A stretch of 64,000 nt of DNA from sequence record NC_020077.1. The stretch is one strand, 5' to 3'. The notes beneath the pieces were generated by a model. It did no database searches, was not told the origin of the DNA, and was given only the letters and a program-made list of their open reading frames with translations. Positions within the stretch are counted from its first letter, which is position 1, and each line of letters begins with the position of its first letter. The translations under genes and the position numbers were made by a program. Shown here piece by piece: positions 48,683 through 57,449 of the stretch.

Positions 48683-48814
48683 TTTTTTCGAACTTGTGAA
48701 ACTGCTTAACGCTTTATTTTTTACGTCATAAGTTCGAAGTTCCTGTATATAGCAGAAGTTCGAAGTTCGAAAGTGAAAGTAGATGAGGAAAAACCTTTGG
48801 TAAATTTACAGAAG
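48681..48814 (-). repeat. ~135-bp intergenic repeat, copy 3 (inverted)
   Basis: Reverse complement aligns with 27229-27362; includes 18-mer at 48796-48813. Confidence 0.9.
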
Positions 48815-48825
48815 TCATGACAAAT

Positions 48826-50064
48826 CTATCTAACCTTTTTCAACACCACCAGATGCTCGGTTTTGATTCTACTATCTTCTAGCCCAGTGGCCGGATTTAC
48901 ATCTGCTTCGAACATTACGCGAGAAACTATTTTATCAACATAGGTAACTTCATGTTTCCAACCAAACTCTCTTAGGTGCTCAGCAATTATATCATCTATT
49001 TGAATAGGTACATTTCGTATCTTAGCTGGGCCAACAAAGATGAACATGTAATCTGCCACTCTTTCACCTAACGTAGCGAATACCTGCAAAATTGCATTAA
49101 AGTAATTGTCATAAAGTGCCCTAAGATGGTTTTCCTCTATTTTTTCTCTGAGGGTGTAATACGTTTCTGAAAAAATGTTTGTGCTTCTTACTTGTCTATA
49201 AGGAATCTCTCTTTTGCTCAGTGATTGTATGTACTGCTCATCATAGCCCAACCAAAATAGCTCAAGTTTAGTAGACCTAATATACTCTTGTGCTTGCAAG
49301 TAAGGTGGAGACGTGATAAGGACATTAACTTCTTTATCTAGCTTGGTTTCCAACGTGTCAATACCGGCTTTTAACTCATACTCCACTGCTTTTGGATTAA
49401 GATGATTGTACTCTTCTATTTTTGTAATAAGCGTAAGTATCTCATTCTTTAACATGTTATAAAATTTGGCTTTCCAATTTGTTTTAAGAAGTTCTTCTAC
49501 CTTTTGTTTAGAGTACTTTGACTTAAATAGTTTGTGTACTTTTTCATCGCTGTACGAAAAATATCGCGTAACCTTGAGTAACGGTATTAATAGTAAGTAT
49601 TTTGTATCATCTGTCAGTGAGTGTACAAAACCCCATGCATTTGAAAGAAAAGTTAGAAACTCCTCCGGGAACCAATAGTTTAAGTTAGACCACTTGGGGA
49701 GGAATTCCTCTCGTGAGTTCATCAAATCTTTCATTATCTTTTCAACATCTATCTCTGCTCTTGACATGATAGCTGTATTATGAGTCACGTTTATTATTGG
49801 ATTTAATTCCCACAATATATAACTATAGCCATACACTCTTGCCACTACACCAACTGTGCCGTAGCCAGCAAAAGGGTCAAAGACCGTCATGTCTGGCTTA
49901 CAATAAGCCTTTAGCGCGTAGGCAACAACTTGCGGAATGAATTTAGCAGGGTAACGATAGATAGCAAATGTGGCATATGTAGTTGTTGGAATTTCCGGGA
50001 TCATGTTCCTAAAAACTACGGGAACCCTTTGAGACCCTTCAGACGATACCGTCATAATTATCAT
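48826..50064 (-). CDS. DNA amino-methyltransferase, alpha order (probable N4-cytosine)
   Basis: FDPFAGYGT (motif I) before LITSPPY (motif IV); YRYPAKF N-terminus. Confidence 0.85.
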   Translation of the reverse strand: MIIMTVSSEGSQRVPVVFRNMIPEIPTTTYATFAIYRYPAKFIPQVVAYALKAYCKPDMTVFDPFAGYGTVGVVARVYGYSYILWELNPIINVTHNTAIMSRAEIDVEKIMKDLMNSREEFLPKWSNLNYWFPEEFLTFLSNAWGFVHSLTDDTKYLLLIPLLKVTRYFSYSDEKVHKLFKSKYSKQKVEELLKTNWKAKFYNMLKNEILTLITKIEEYNHLNPKAVEYELKAGIDTLETKLDKEVNVLITSPPYLQAQEYIRSTKLELFWLGYDEQYIQSLSKREIPYRQVRSTNIFSETYYTLREKIEENHLRALYDNYFNAILQVFATLGERVADYMFIFVGPAKIRNVPIQIDDIIAEHLREFGWKHEVTYVDKIVSRVMFEADVNPATGLEDSRIKTEHLVVLKKVR

Positions 50065-50076
50065 TTAATGAAATCT

Positions 50077-50460
50077 TTATTGGGATCTTATTACCTTTAT
50101 TACTTTTTCATTTTCATCATAGATAAATTTAGTAATATCTCCAGGCCTTACTCGAAAATGTATTAATAATTTTGCGGGTATCTTCAACCTATAATTTATG
50201 GAAACTATGGCAAAATCTTCAAACTCGAGTTGTAGTGGATTTTCTGCATTCTGTGAATCAACAGGCAACATCCTAGTTGGTGAGACTCTAGTATATGCTT
50301 TAACTAACCTTAGCATTGGTTCATTGCCATTTTTGACAACGCTCACTCTCATAATGTCGCCTAAAGCTATCGGGTAAACCTTCCTTATTGCTATTGGTAT
50401 CGTTACTACGTAATTCGTAGTAACTTTTGAATACGATTCGACTACCATTTTTTCCACCAT
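50077..50460 (-). CDS. Tandem AbrB/SpoVT-domain DNA-binding protein
   Basis: SKVTTNYVVTIPIAIRK...LGDIM and VSINYRLKIPAKLL...RPGDI; early-type promoter at 50493-50507. Confidence 0.75.
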   Translation of the reverse strand: MVEKMVVESYSKVTTNYVVTIPIAIRKVYPIALGDIMRVSVVKNGNEPMLRLVKAYTRVSPTRMLPVDSQNAENPLQLEFEDFAIVSINYRLKIPAKLLIHFRVRPGDITKFIYDENEKVIKVIRSQ

Positions 50461-50546
50461 TCCTTCACATTACGTTTTTTGTAATTTACCAATATATAAA
50501 TCTTTCTATAATAGTGATGAAAACAAACTTCGGAAAAATGAACTAC

Positions 50547-51539
50547 TTAACCAAAAACCTTCCTAAAAACTTCTTCGTGTTCTCTTATCACTCTTTCTAT
50601 CCTGAAATAGTCCGGCAATGTAACTCTAATCTCTTGAGCCTCCTTTATTTTCTCTACTGCTTCTTCATCGCTGCTGTAGAAGAACATCTTCAAATGTTTG
50701 CCAAGTTCTTTATGCACTGGAATATCTGTCACAACCGCTGGGAGGCCATGTGCTGCTGCTTCAGCTAGTGGTAATTCAAACCCCTCTTCTTGTGATGTAC
50801 TAAGATAAACGTCACTCCCAGCATAAAGGAGTGAAAGTTCGGCGTCTGAAATAGTTCCTATGCTTTTATCGCCGTAAATATTTCCTTTCCCTACTGTAAT
50901 GAGATAATAATCATCACCTAGTTTTTCCCTTATTCGCTTCAATCGTGGTAAGTCTTTCCGCGGATGATAGTTTGTAACGTTGAGTATTATCTTTTTATTG
51001 GGCGGGATGCCATACATTTCTCTTACTTTGCGTACTGCCTCTTCACGTGTATAAGCAATGTTAAGGTAATTCCCGTGGTGAATAACCCTAATAGGAGGTA
51101 AATCGAGGCCTTTCTTATCCGCATATTGTTCTAACTCTGATAATGTATGATAAGTTGGAACAATAACGTATGCAGCCTCTGTGAGATGTTTAAGCATGAA
51201 GTACATGTATGGCGTGTAGGTGTAGTGTTTCCATTTTAAGAAAACTAAATCTTGTAGTCCCGTAACTATTGTCTTATGTTTAGCGTGATTCAAGAAATCG
51301 ATGTTTGGAAAAAACACGTTTTGTTCTGGAACAAATTTACAGAAGATGTCGTAGAAAAACGCGTCGATTATAATATTTAGCCTATTTCTGAAAACGTTTA
51401 TTACCTTATCATAACCAGAGGGTGCTTCAGTGTTAACTCGGATAAAATAGAACTTAGAATTAAGGCCAAAGGCAATAACTGCTGCGTATCGACCTAGGCC
51501 AGTGTATGGCGGAGATCGCGTAACAGTAGCGAAATTCAC
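50547..51539 (-). CDS. GT4 (GT-B) glycosyltransferase
   Basis: PRKD, LYAGSDVYLSTSQEEGFELPLAEAAAHGLPAVVTDIP (Ex7E motif). Confidence 0.9.
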   Translation of the reverse strand: MNFATVTRSPPYTGLGRYAAVIAFGLNSKFYFIRVNTEAPSGYDKVINVFRNRLNIIIDAFFYDIFCKFVPEQNVFFPNIDFLNHAKHKTIVTGLQDLVFLKWKHYTYTPYMYFMLKHLTEAAYVIVPTYHTLSELEQYADKKGLDLPPIRVIHHGNYLNIAYTREEAVRKVREMYGIPPNKKIILNVTNYHPRKDLPRLKRIREKLGDDYYLITVGKGNIYGDKSIGTISDAELSLLYAGSDVYLSTSQEEGFELPLAEAAAHGLPAVVTDIPVHKELGKHLKMFFYSSDEEAVEKIKEAQEIRVTLPDYFRIERVIREHEEVFRKVFG

Positions 51540-51578
51540 AAAAAAACTTTTACCTTTACGGAATTATAAAGATTATTG

Positions 51579-53318
51579 TTAAAGTAAACTCTTTAGAGTG
51601 AGAACGCCATTATTCCCTACAACGTTGTAATAGCCAAACGCTTCAACAGTATTATTAGTAACACCAAGAATCTTAGCGTTTATTGCCGTATATATACCAG
51701 GTATTAAGAATAGTTTAGTTGTACCATTTACGCTAAATGATGGTGGCTTAAACAGAACTGGAGGGCCAGTATAGTTGTACTTCATCACAACAAACCAGTA
51801 GTAAACTGCATAAATTCCATACCCATTCTTGTAAAATAGGTTAAGCACCGCAATTGATTGATTATTGAAGTTACTCGTTATGTCAATGACAATGTAATCA
51901 ACACTGACGTTAACTGTAGTGTTAGTAGCAGAATCATAAACCAAATACTGATTTTTAGCAAAATTGAATGATGTGAAGTTTGTGTATTGTAAAACAAGTG
52001 GATATAAATGTTCTGGGACCCTTGGATAGAGCTCGGGCATGTATGGTGTAGTTAAGACAGAAGCGTTTTGAGGTATTAGACTTGCAACCTGGTAGAAGTC
52101 TTGAACACGGTCTGGATACTCTGCCAGCGTGTAATATGGCCCGCCTAATGCTATGCGCGAAGTGATTGAGACTGGGGAAATAAGTGATAGTACAGCAAAT
52201 GTAAGTAGGATAAATACTAATGCGTTTGGCATTATCCTCTTTAAGTTGAAACTATCAATTTTTGCAAGTGTCCTAGCTACAGTAATGAAGAGCTGGGCTA
52301 AGTAAAGTGATGCGTATTGGAATAAGTAAATATATGGGAACGTCATTGATGTATACGTTGTTATTGAAAATATGATAGCCACTGGTAGTATAGTTAGGAT
52401 AAACCAATCCCAAACAAAAAAGGCTGAGCCAAGGATTGTCAAAGGCGTTAAAAGATTCAAAGGCCTAAACCCAATGTTACTATGTCCACTTGAGCTAGCT
52501 AGATGCGATTGTATAAATATGTCAAACGCATTAGGCCCAAAAGCTGCAATTCCTAATGAAGTAAAAGTTATTGCAAAAATAGCAGCGTACATAATGTACT
52601 CAGATGCTTTGTTAAATTCATCTTTTGTTTTAGACTCTTCATGTCTTTTTCCGAAAAGAAGCATTGCGAAATTGCGACTTTTTATGGCTTCTTTAATTTC
52701 GTGTCTTTCTTCAAAAAGTTCTCTAAAAATATCTACAAGACCTTCAACAATAATGTACCATAATACAAGGAATACATAAGGATATCGAACAGTAGAAGCA
52801 AGAATTGCAAAGATCCCTGCTGGTATTGGCTTATTCTTTATCTTAAAGTAATACATTAATAAAAAGTATAGTACAAACAGATTTTGCATGTGGAAAGGCA
52901 TAAAAAGTTCGCCATAAACGCCAGGATTCAAGAGATAAAGCCACACCGTAAAGTATGCCTTATTATAACTTTTTGTTAATTCTTTGGTAATATAGAAGAT
53001 TGGAATTACTGGTGCTGCTGTTACTGCAGCTTGCCAAATCACTGCCTCGTAAGCGTTGTTTATGAAGAAGAAGTAGAGGAGCGGAGATTTATAGGAAAAC
53101 GTACCTAGGATATAGAGCCATGCAAGAGGGTTGTTTAGATGAGCAAGTTGCTGAGCAGTTAAATAAAGAAACATTAGGTTGACTCCAACATCGTAAATTG
53201 GAAAGGCCTCCATTGTTACGTATTGCTGATAGACAAAGGTATAGAATGCGGCAAAAGCTCCAGCGAAAATAAGAAAAACCCCGTATCTCTCTAAGAGATT
53301 TCTATATTTCTTGCCCAT
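51579..53318 (-). CDS. Polytopic membrane protein, DUF2079-like GT-C glycosyltransferase candidate
   Basis: YDVGV after TM1, PFH motif, about 10 TM helices, C-terminal glycosylated domain; MGKKY start at 53318 preferred over 53414. Confidence 0.6.
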   Translation of the reverse strand: MGKKYRNLLERYGVFLIFAGAFAAFYTFVYQQYVTMEAFPIYDVGVNLMFLYLTAQQLAHLNNPLAWLYILGTFSYKSPLLYFFFINNAYEAVIWQAAVTAAPVIPIFYITKELTKSYNKAYFTVWLYLLNPGVYGELFMPFHMQNLFVLYFLLMYYFKIKNKPIPAGIFAILASTVRYPYVFLVLWYIIVEGLVDIFRELFEERHEIKEAIKSRNFAMLLFGKRHEESKTKDEFNKASEYIMYAAIFAITFTSLGIAAFGPNAFDIFIQSHLASSSGHSNIGFRPLNLLTPLTILGSAFFVWDWFILTILPVAIIFSITTYTSMTFPYIYLFQYASLYLAQLFITVARTLAKIDSFNLKRIMPNALVFILLTFAVLSLISPVSITSRIALGGPYYTLAEYPDRVQDFYQVASLIPQNASVLTTPYMPELYPRVPEHLYPLVLQYTNFTSFNFAKNQYLVYDSATNTTVNVSVDYIVIDITSNFNNQSIAVLNLFYKNGYGIYAVYYWFVVMKYNYTGPPVLFKPPSFSVNGTTKLFLIPGIYTAINAKILGVTNNTVEAFGYYNVVGNNGVLTLKSLL

Positions 53319-53360
53319 CAAGTGATAATATATGTCGAGATATTTTAAATTTTTGGACTT

Positions 53361-53408
53361 TTCTCCAAATTGGTAGAATTGTAATGACAATTCTGTAAAT
53401 CTGGTGAA
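53361..53408. repeat. 48-bp tri-palindromic element, full copy
   Basis: TTCTCCAAATTGGTAGAA-TTGTAATGACAA-TTCTGTAAATCTGGTGAA, between divergent TATA boxes. Confidence 0.92.
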
Positions 53409-53448
53409 TTGCATAAATTCTTAAATATTTCTTAGTTGTTGTAATGAT

Positions 53449-53766
53449 ATGGAAGCTGAGATAGTTAAAGGATATAAGGATTTGGTGTTAGAGGCCCTGT
53501 TCTGGGCTTTGAAAAATATGTCTCGTGTAATCAACTATCAGGATGGGTGCCACGAATATTATGATAGAAATAAGGAGTGGTCACTTCAGATTTGTAAAAG
53601 CAGAAAAGAGGAAGTTAATGTCTTCATACACGATGGAAAAGTAATCGTACGTGTTGATGTCTATACATTAACTTACAAGGTTACAGAGATAGCGTTCGAT
53701 TTAATTGAAGATGCGATAGATGCTGTGTGGAGCGGAAAATATGTAACCACGAAAGATTTATCATGA
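53449..53766 (+). CDS. Hypothetical small protein
   Basis: 105-aa ORF with TATA at 53421. Confidence 0.7.
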   Translation: MEAEIVKGYKDLVLEALFWALKNMSRVINYQDGCHEYYDRNKEWSLQICKSRKEEVNVFIHDGKVIVRVDVYTLTYKVTEIAFDLIEDAIDAVWSGKYVTTKDLS

Positions 53767-53799
53767 TACTTATACAATTTTGTAGAAAAACCAGGAGGA

Positions 53800-54795
53800 T
53801 TACTTAATAGCTTTTTCGAGAGCTTGAATTTCTTTTTTACTAAATTTCTCAAACTCTTCCTTTAAGTACTTTATAGCCTTGTGAATTGCCATTATTGGGT
53901 TTTCTACGTTAAATCCAGTTTTGTATATCTTGGTTGAATCAAGCAGTAAGTAGTTTGGCTCAATTGGCCTTGGATTTTCCATCCAGCTTATCTTTCCTTC
54001 CCAGCCTAATTCCTTAGCAACGATAGAAACAGTTTCTGATAACGTCAGAATGTGATTATATACACTATAATGGATTGATACGTTATACACTCCTTCCATC
54101 TTATCTAGATTTTTAATAGCGTGTAGGTAAGCGTTCACGTGGTCCTCCCAGTACATCCATTGCCTGCTTGAGAGAGGATGGCCATCGTAATGTATTTCCC
54201 TAGCACCACTCAACATTGTTAAAACAGTTTTTTCAAAGAAGTATCCTCTTGCCTCTTCCGGCAAACGTGAAATTGGCCTACCAATAGTATTTATAGGCCT
54301 TAAGATAATTGTCTTTTCCTTTCTACCAGCAAGTAGCATCTCTGACGCTATTTTTGAAACTGCATAAGGACTAGTTGGTGTCCTATAAACATCCTCTTCC
54401 TTATAATAGTGAGGATAAGGTGTATAAGGGTAGACTTCGGCGGTTGAAGCGTGAATTAATGGGGCTTCTGCAATTGCTATGTTATATGCTATAATTGCGT
54501 TATTCATGAAAGAAGTGTCCTCATAACTAAGCCTAACAGGCGTTTTTGAGGCCAAGTTAATAACCAAATCAGGCTTTACCTTTCTTAACAAATCCCTTAC
54601 CTTTTCTCTGTCTGTGAGGTCAACGAAAACGTACTCCGCAGCGGAATTAACTGTGTTATGAGAAAAATGATCTTTATTTGAGACACATACTACCTTATCA
54701 TTGTTTAGCTTCTTAAGTAACTGGGAACCGATAAAGCCCGTACAGCCAGTGATTAAAATCATGAGATAGTTAATGTAGTCATTATTTTTAAACAT
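53800..54795 (-). CDS. NAD-dependent nucleotide-sugar epimerase/dehydratase (SDR)
   Basis: ILITGCTGFIG, INLAS, HASTAEVY, SPYAVSK (YxxxK); likely start 54762. Confidence 0.9.
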   Translation of the reverse strand: MFKNNDYINYLMILITGCTGFIGSQLLKKLNNDKVVCVSNKDHFSHNTVNSAAEYVFVDLTDREKVRDLLRKVKPDLVINLASKTPVRLSYEDTSFMNNAIIAYNIAIAEAPLIHASTAEVYPYTPYPHYYKEEDVYRTPTSPYAVSKIASEMLLAGRKEKTIILRPINTIGRPISRLPEEARGYFFEKTVLTMLSGAREIHYDGHPLSSRQWMYWEDHVNAYLHAIKNLDKMEGVYNVSIHYSVYNHILTLSETVSIVAKELGWEGKISWMENPRPIEPNYLLLDSTKIYKTGFNVENPIMAIHKAIKYLKEEFEKFSKKEIQALEKAIK

Positions 54796-54852
54796 TTCTT
54801 TTTGCTTAAATATGAATGGCTAAACAGAATTCTACAAATTTATAGAAGAAAA

Positions 54853-55746
54853 TTATTTTTGCGTGACTGACCTTTGTCCTCTAACTTTTTCCTGAAGCCA
54901 TGTCCTTAGCCATTTTGCGTCTTCTCTTATAATTATCTCGAAATTCGATGAATCCGAATTAAACAGTTTAGCGTGATCTATGCCTAGTTTCTTTTTGACC
55001 ACGTCAAGAAGTTCTAAATCAATTTCATAACCAACTGCTTTTCTTTGTAATTCAATAGCTACCTTTAATGTTGTAGCAGAACCCATAAATGGGTCCAAAA
55101 CAGTTTCGCCAACATAAGAAAATAACTTTATCAGCCTATAGGGAATCTCTTCTGGAAATGCAGCTATTCCTTCTTCAATTCTACCTTTCGCTGGTAAAAC
55201 GTTTGTAATCTCCCATACAGAAAGATACCACTTTTCTCGGTTAAACTCTTGTATATCAATTTTTGATAATTCTAACTCAAGTTTGTTTTTTGGGTATCTG
55301 TATTCACCTTTTTGCATAATCAAAATCTCCTCGTAGATGTTGTCTGGATAGAAATACATCGGATATGGATGCTGTATCTGTACTCCACTTCGTCTACTTA
55401 TCCTAATGTAACCCTCTGGCTTTTTCCAAATAATTCTATCCCGATAATTGAAACCTTCCTCCATCATTATTCTAAGAATGTCCGCAGACACAGGATATAA
55501 TTTCCCATTAATTCTAACATCTTGAGTAATAAAACAAGCTATCCTGCCCGGGGCCAAAACCCTATATAGTTCCCTAGCCACATCCCTTATCAACCCAAGA
55601 AATTCATCATAATCCCTAAATAAACCTGGATAATCAAAGGGAGCATTAAAATAAGGAGGTGAAGTAACCACTAGATGAATTGAACCATCTGGAAGTTCTT
55701 TCATGTTCCTGCTATCGCCGAAAACTATCAGATTTCCTTGAGGCAT
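54853..55746 (-). CDS. DNA amino-methyltransferase, beta order (probable N4-cytosine)
   Basis: VVTSPPY (motif IV) before AAFPEE and VLDPFMGSATT (motif I); MPQGN start. Confidence 0.9.
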   Translation of the reverse strand: MPQGNLIVFGDSRNMKELPDGSIHLVVTSPPYFNAPFDYPGLFRDYDEFLGLIRDVARELYRVLAPGRIACFITQDVRINGKLYPVSADILRIMMEEGFNYRDRIIWKKPEGYIRISRRSGVQIQHPYPMYFYPDNIYEEILIMQKGEYRYPKNKLELELSKIDIQEFNREKWYLSVWEITNVLPAKGRIEEGIAAFPEEIPYRLIKLFSYVGETVLDPFMGSATTLKVAIELQRKAVGYEIDLELLDVVKKKLGIDHAKLFNSDSSNFEIIIREDAKWLRTWLQEKVRGQRSVTQK

Positions 55747-55889
55747 TTTGTAACTATTGTTAATCTTGTGCTTTATATTTATTTTTCGTATACAGTAGAA
55801 GGTCACATCCGTTCTGTAAATTTACAGAAGCTAGAAATAAGCAAGTTAAGACCAAAAAATTTTTAAGTTATAATTATAACCATTATTCA

Positions 55890-56027
55890 ATGATTAATAT
55901 AAATGCCAGCGATCTAGTAGGTCTATATGATGCCATGTATGAAATAGAAAAGCTTAAGGATGACATTATGGAAATATCTGCTAGATTGAAGCAAATGCAG
56001 AATGACCTTGTCACCCGCCTAGGCTAG
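55890..56027 (+). CDS. Small coiled-coil ORF (45 aa), probably interrupted by tnpB element 2
   Basis: MININASDLVGLYDAMYEIEKLKDDIMEISARLKQMQNDLVTRLG; TTTTAAG at 55861. Confidence 0.55.
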   Translation: MININASDLVGLYDAMYEIEKLKDDIMEISARLKQMQNDLVTRLG

Positions 56028-56160
56028 GGTGTTGGGCCTCAACCTTACGGTTCATTGTAGCAACTTGCCACTCCACGTGAGGGTCATGGGCCCCCTTCGA
56101 GCCCCAAGGCACGAGGCTCACATCTAATTTTTTAGCTATATTCCACGCTGCTATAACGTC
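55988..56160 (-). ncRNA. Putative omega-RNA of tnpB element 2
   Basis: Same conserved GC-rich 3' block; boundaries approximate. Confidence 0.6.
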
Positions 56161-57352
56161 CCTATCGTGTGAGAATCCACATTTCTTACATTTTAGAATT
56201 CTAGGTTGCCAGCCTTTCCTCTGGGCCTTGCCAGTCATAAGAGTTAGACTAGCTCCACATTTAGGACAAGTCCTCGATGTATTCTTTGGATTTACAAACT
56301 CTACTTTTACACCATGTTCTAATGCTTTCTCCACAATTCGTTTCTGTATTCCTCTTATTGCTGACTGCATAAGCCTATGTGAATCAAACGATTTAAGGCC
56401 GTTTTTCTTAAGCGCCTTATCCTGGAACCTCTTAGGTAGGTTTTCCAATACAAGAGCAGCATTCTCTTTCTTTACAATCTTTGCTATAATAGATGCAACC
56501 TTATCTCTCAATGCTTTTTTGACATTCTTCTCTCTTAACTTTCTCAAAGCAACTCTGAGAGACCTCTTATCATGCGCATGTCTTTCTTGAATAGCTTTCC
56601 TTCTATACGCATAACCTAACACTACCTTACTGTGATTAGTTACTATCGTTATGGCCTTGTGATCTGGTAATGTGAAAAGTGTTACGTTATTCTCATTTAC
56701 ATCAACGCCAATTACTCTGCTGTAGTTTGTGTTTGGTTCGACGATTTTACGAAAAAACACGTATAACGTCAGCTTTCTGTCTTCGATTTTCCATCTAGCA
56801 GTACTTCTGAGAGTCCAGCCGCCATTATAGTGTATGTAAAACTGTTTATGGAAAAGTAATGGTATTCTTATCCATCCCTTGTGGGTAGAGATCTCAATAC
56901 CTAGAAAAGATAGTTTCCATAACTTCTGATGACAACTGACAGTCCATTGCTTAACTTCTGGTTTTTCAGTATAAGCAAGGCCTTTCTCCTTCAGCTTTTG
57001 AAAAGACTTCAGTCTAGTTGCCGCGTCACGTATTGCTTCATCAACATACTTTGCTGGTAAATCTGGATACTTCTCTCTAAAGTACTTGTATAATTCTTTA
57101 ATTCCTTTTACCCAGGATGTTATACCTTTTTGATGCAATATGTTTACTGCTTCTTTCAATATCTCTCCGTATGTCTTATAGACATAGGAAAGAGCTTCAG
57201 CCTTCTTTGCAGTAAGTCTTAGTGAGACCAGTTCAACCGTTTTTATGACCTCTTCACCCATTATGCATCACCAGCCCCTCTCAGCAGCGCCAGTCATTTG
57301 GGGCTATCATAAGTAACGATGTGAAAATTAATAAACTTTACTTTTTTACCTC
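56005..57352 (-). mobile_element. IS200/IS605-family solo-tnpB element 2
   Basis: Ends shared with element 1; no tnpA. Confidence 0.8.
56011..57261 (-). CDS. tnpB: RNA-guided endonuclease TnpB
   Basis: GVDVNE, VLENL, CPKC/CKKC, DRDVIAAWN; close paralog of 38908-40161. Confidence 0.93.
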   Translation of the reverse strand: MGEEVIKTVELVSLRLTAKKAEALSYVYKTYGEILKEAVNILHQKGITSWVKGIKELYKYFREKYPDLPAKYVDEAIRDAATRLKSFQKLKEKGLAYTEKPEVKQWTVSCHQKLWKLSFLGIEISTHKGWIRIPLLFHKQFYIHYNGGWTLRSTARWKIEDRKLTLYVFFRKIVEPNTNYSRVIGVDVNENNVTLFTLPDHKAITIVTNHSKVVLGYAYRRKAIQERHAHDKRSLRVALRKLREKNVKKALRDKVASIIAKIVKKENAALVLENLPKRFQDKALKKNGLKSFDSHRLMQSAIRGIQKRIVEKALEHGVKVEFVNPKNTSRTCPKCGASLTLMTGKAQRKGWQPRILKCKKCGFSHDRDVIAAWNIAKKLDVSLVPWGSKGAHDPHVEWQVATMNRKVEAQHPSLGG

Positions 57353-57449
57353 ACAAGGCTAAGTTGTTCTACCAATTTATAGAAGCTAGAAATTATGCGG
57401 TAAAACAAAAAAGTTTTTAAACTATGTTTATAACAAATCATCATTAGAA

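Noticed and set aside
53319-53414. N-terminal extension MQFTRFTELSLQFYQFGEK of the 611-aa ORF
   Set aside because: Translated from the 48-bp element and promoter; TATA spacing supports the start at 53318
38908-57261. TnpB proteins as nuclease-dead TldR repressors
   Set aside because: All three RuvC acidic residues (D, E, D) are present in both
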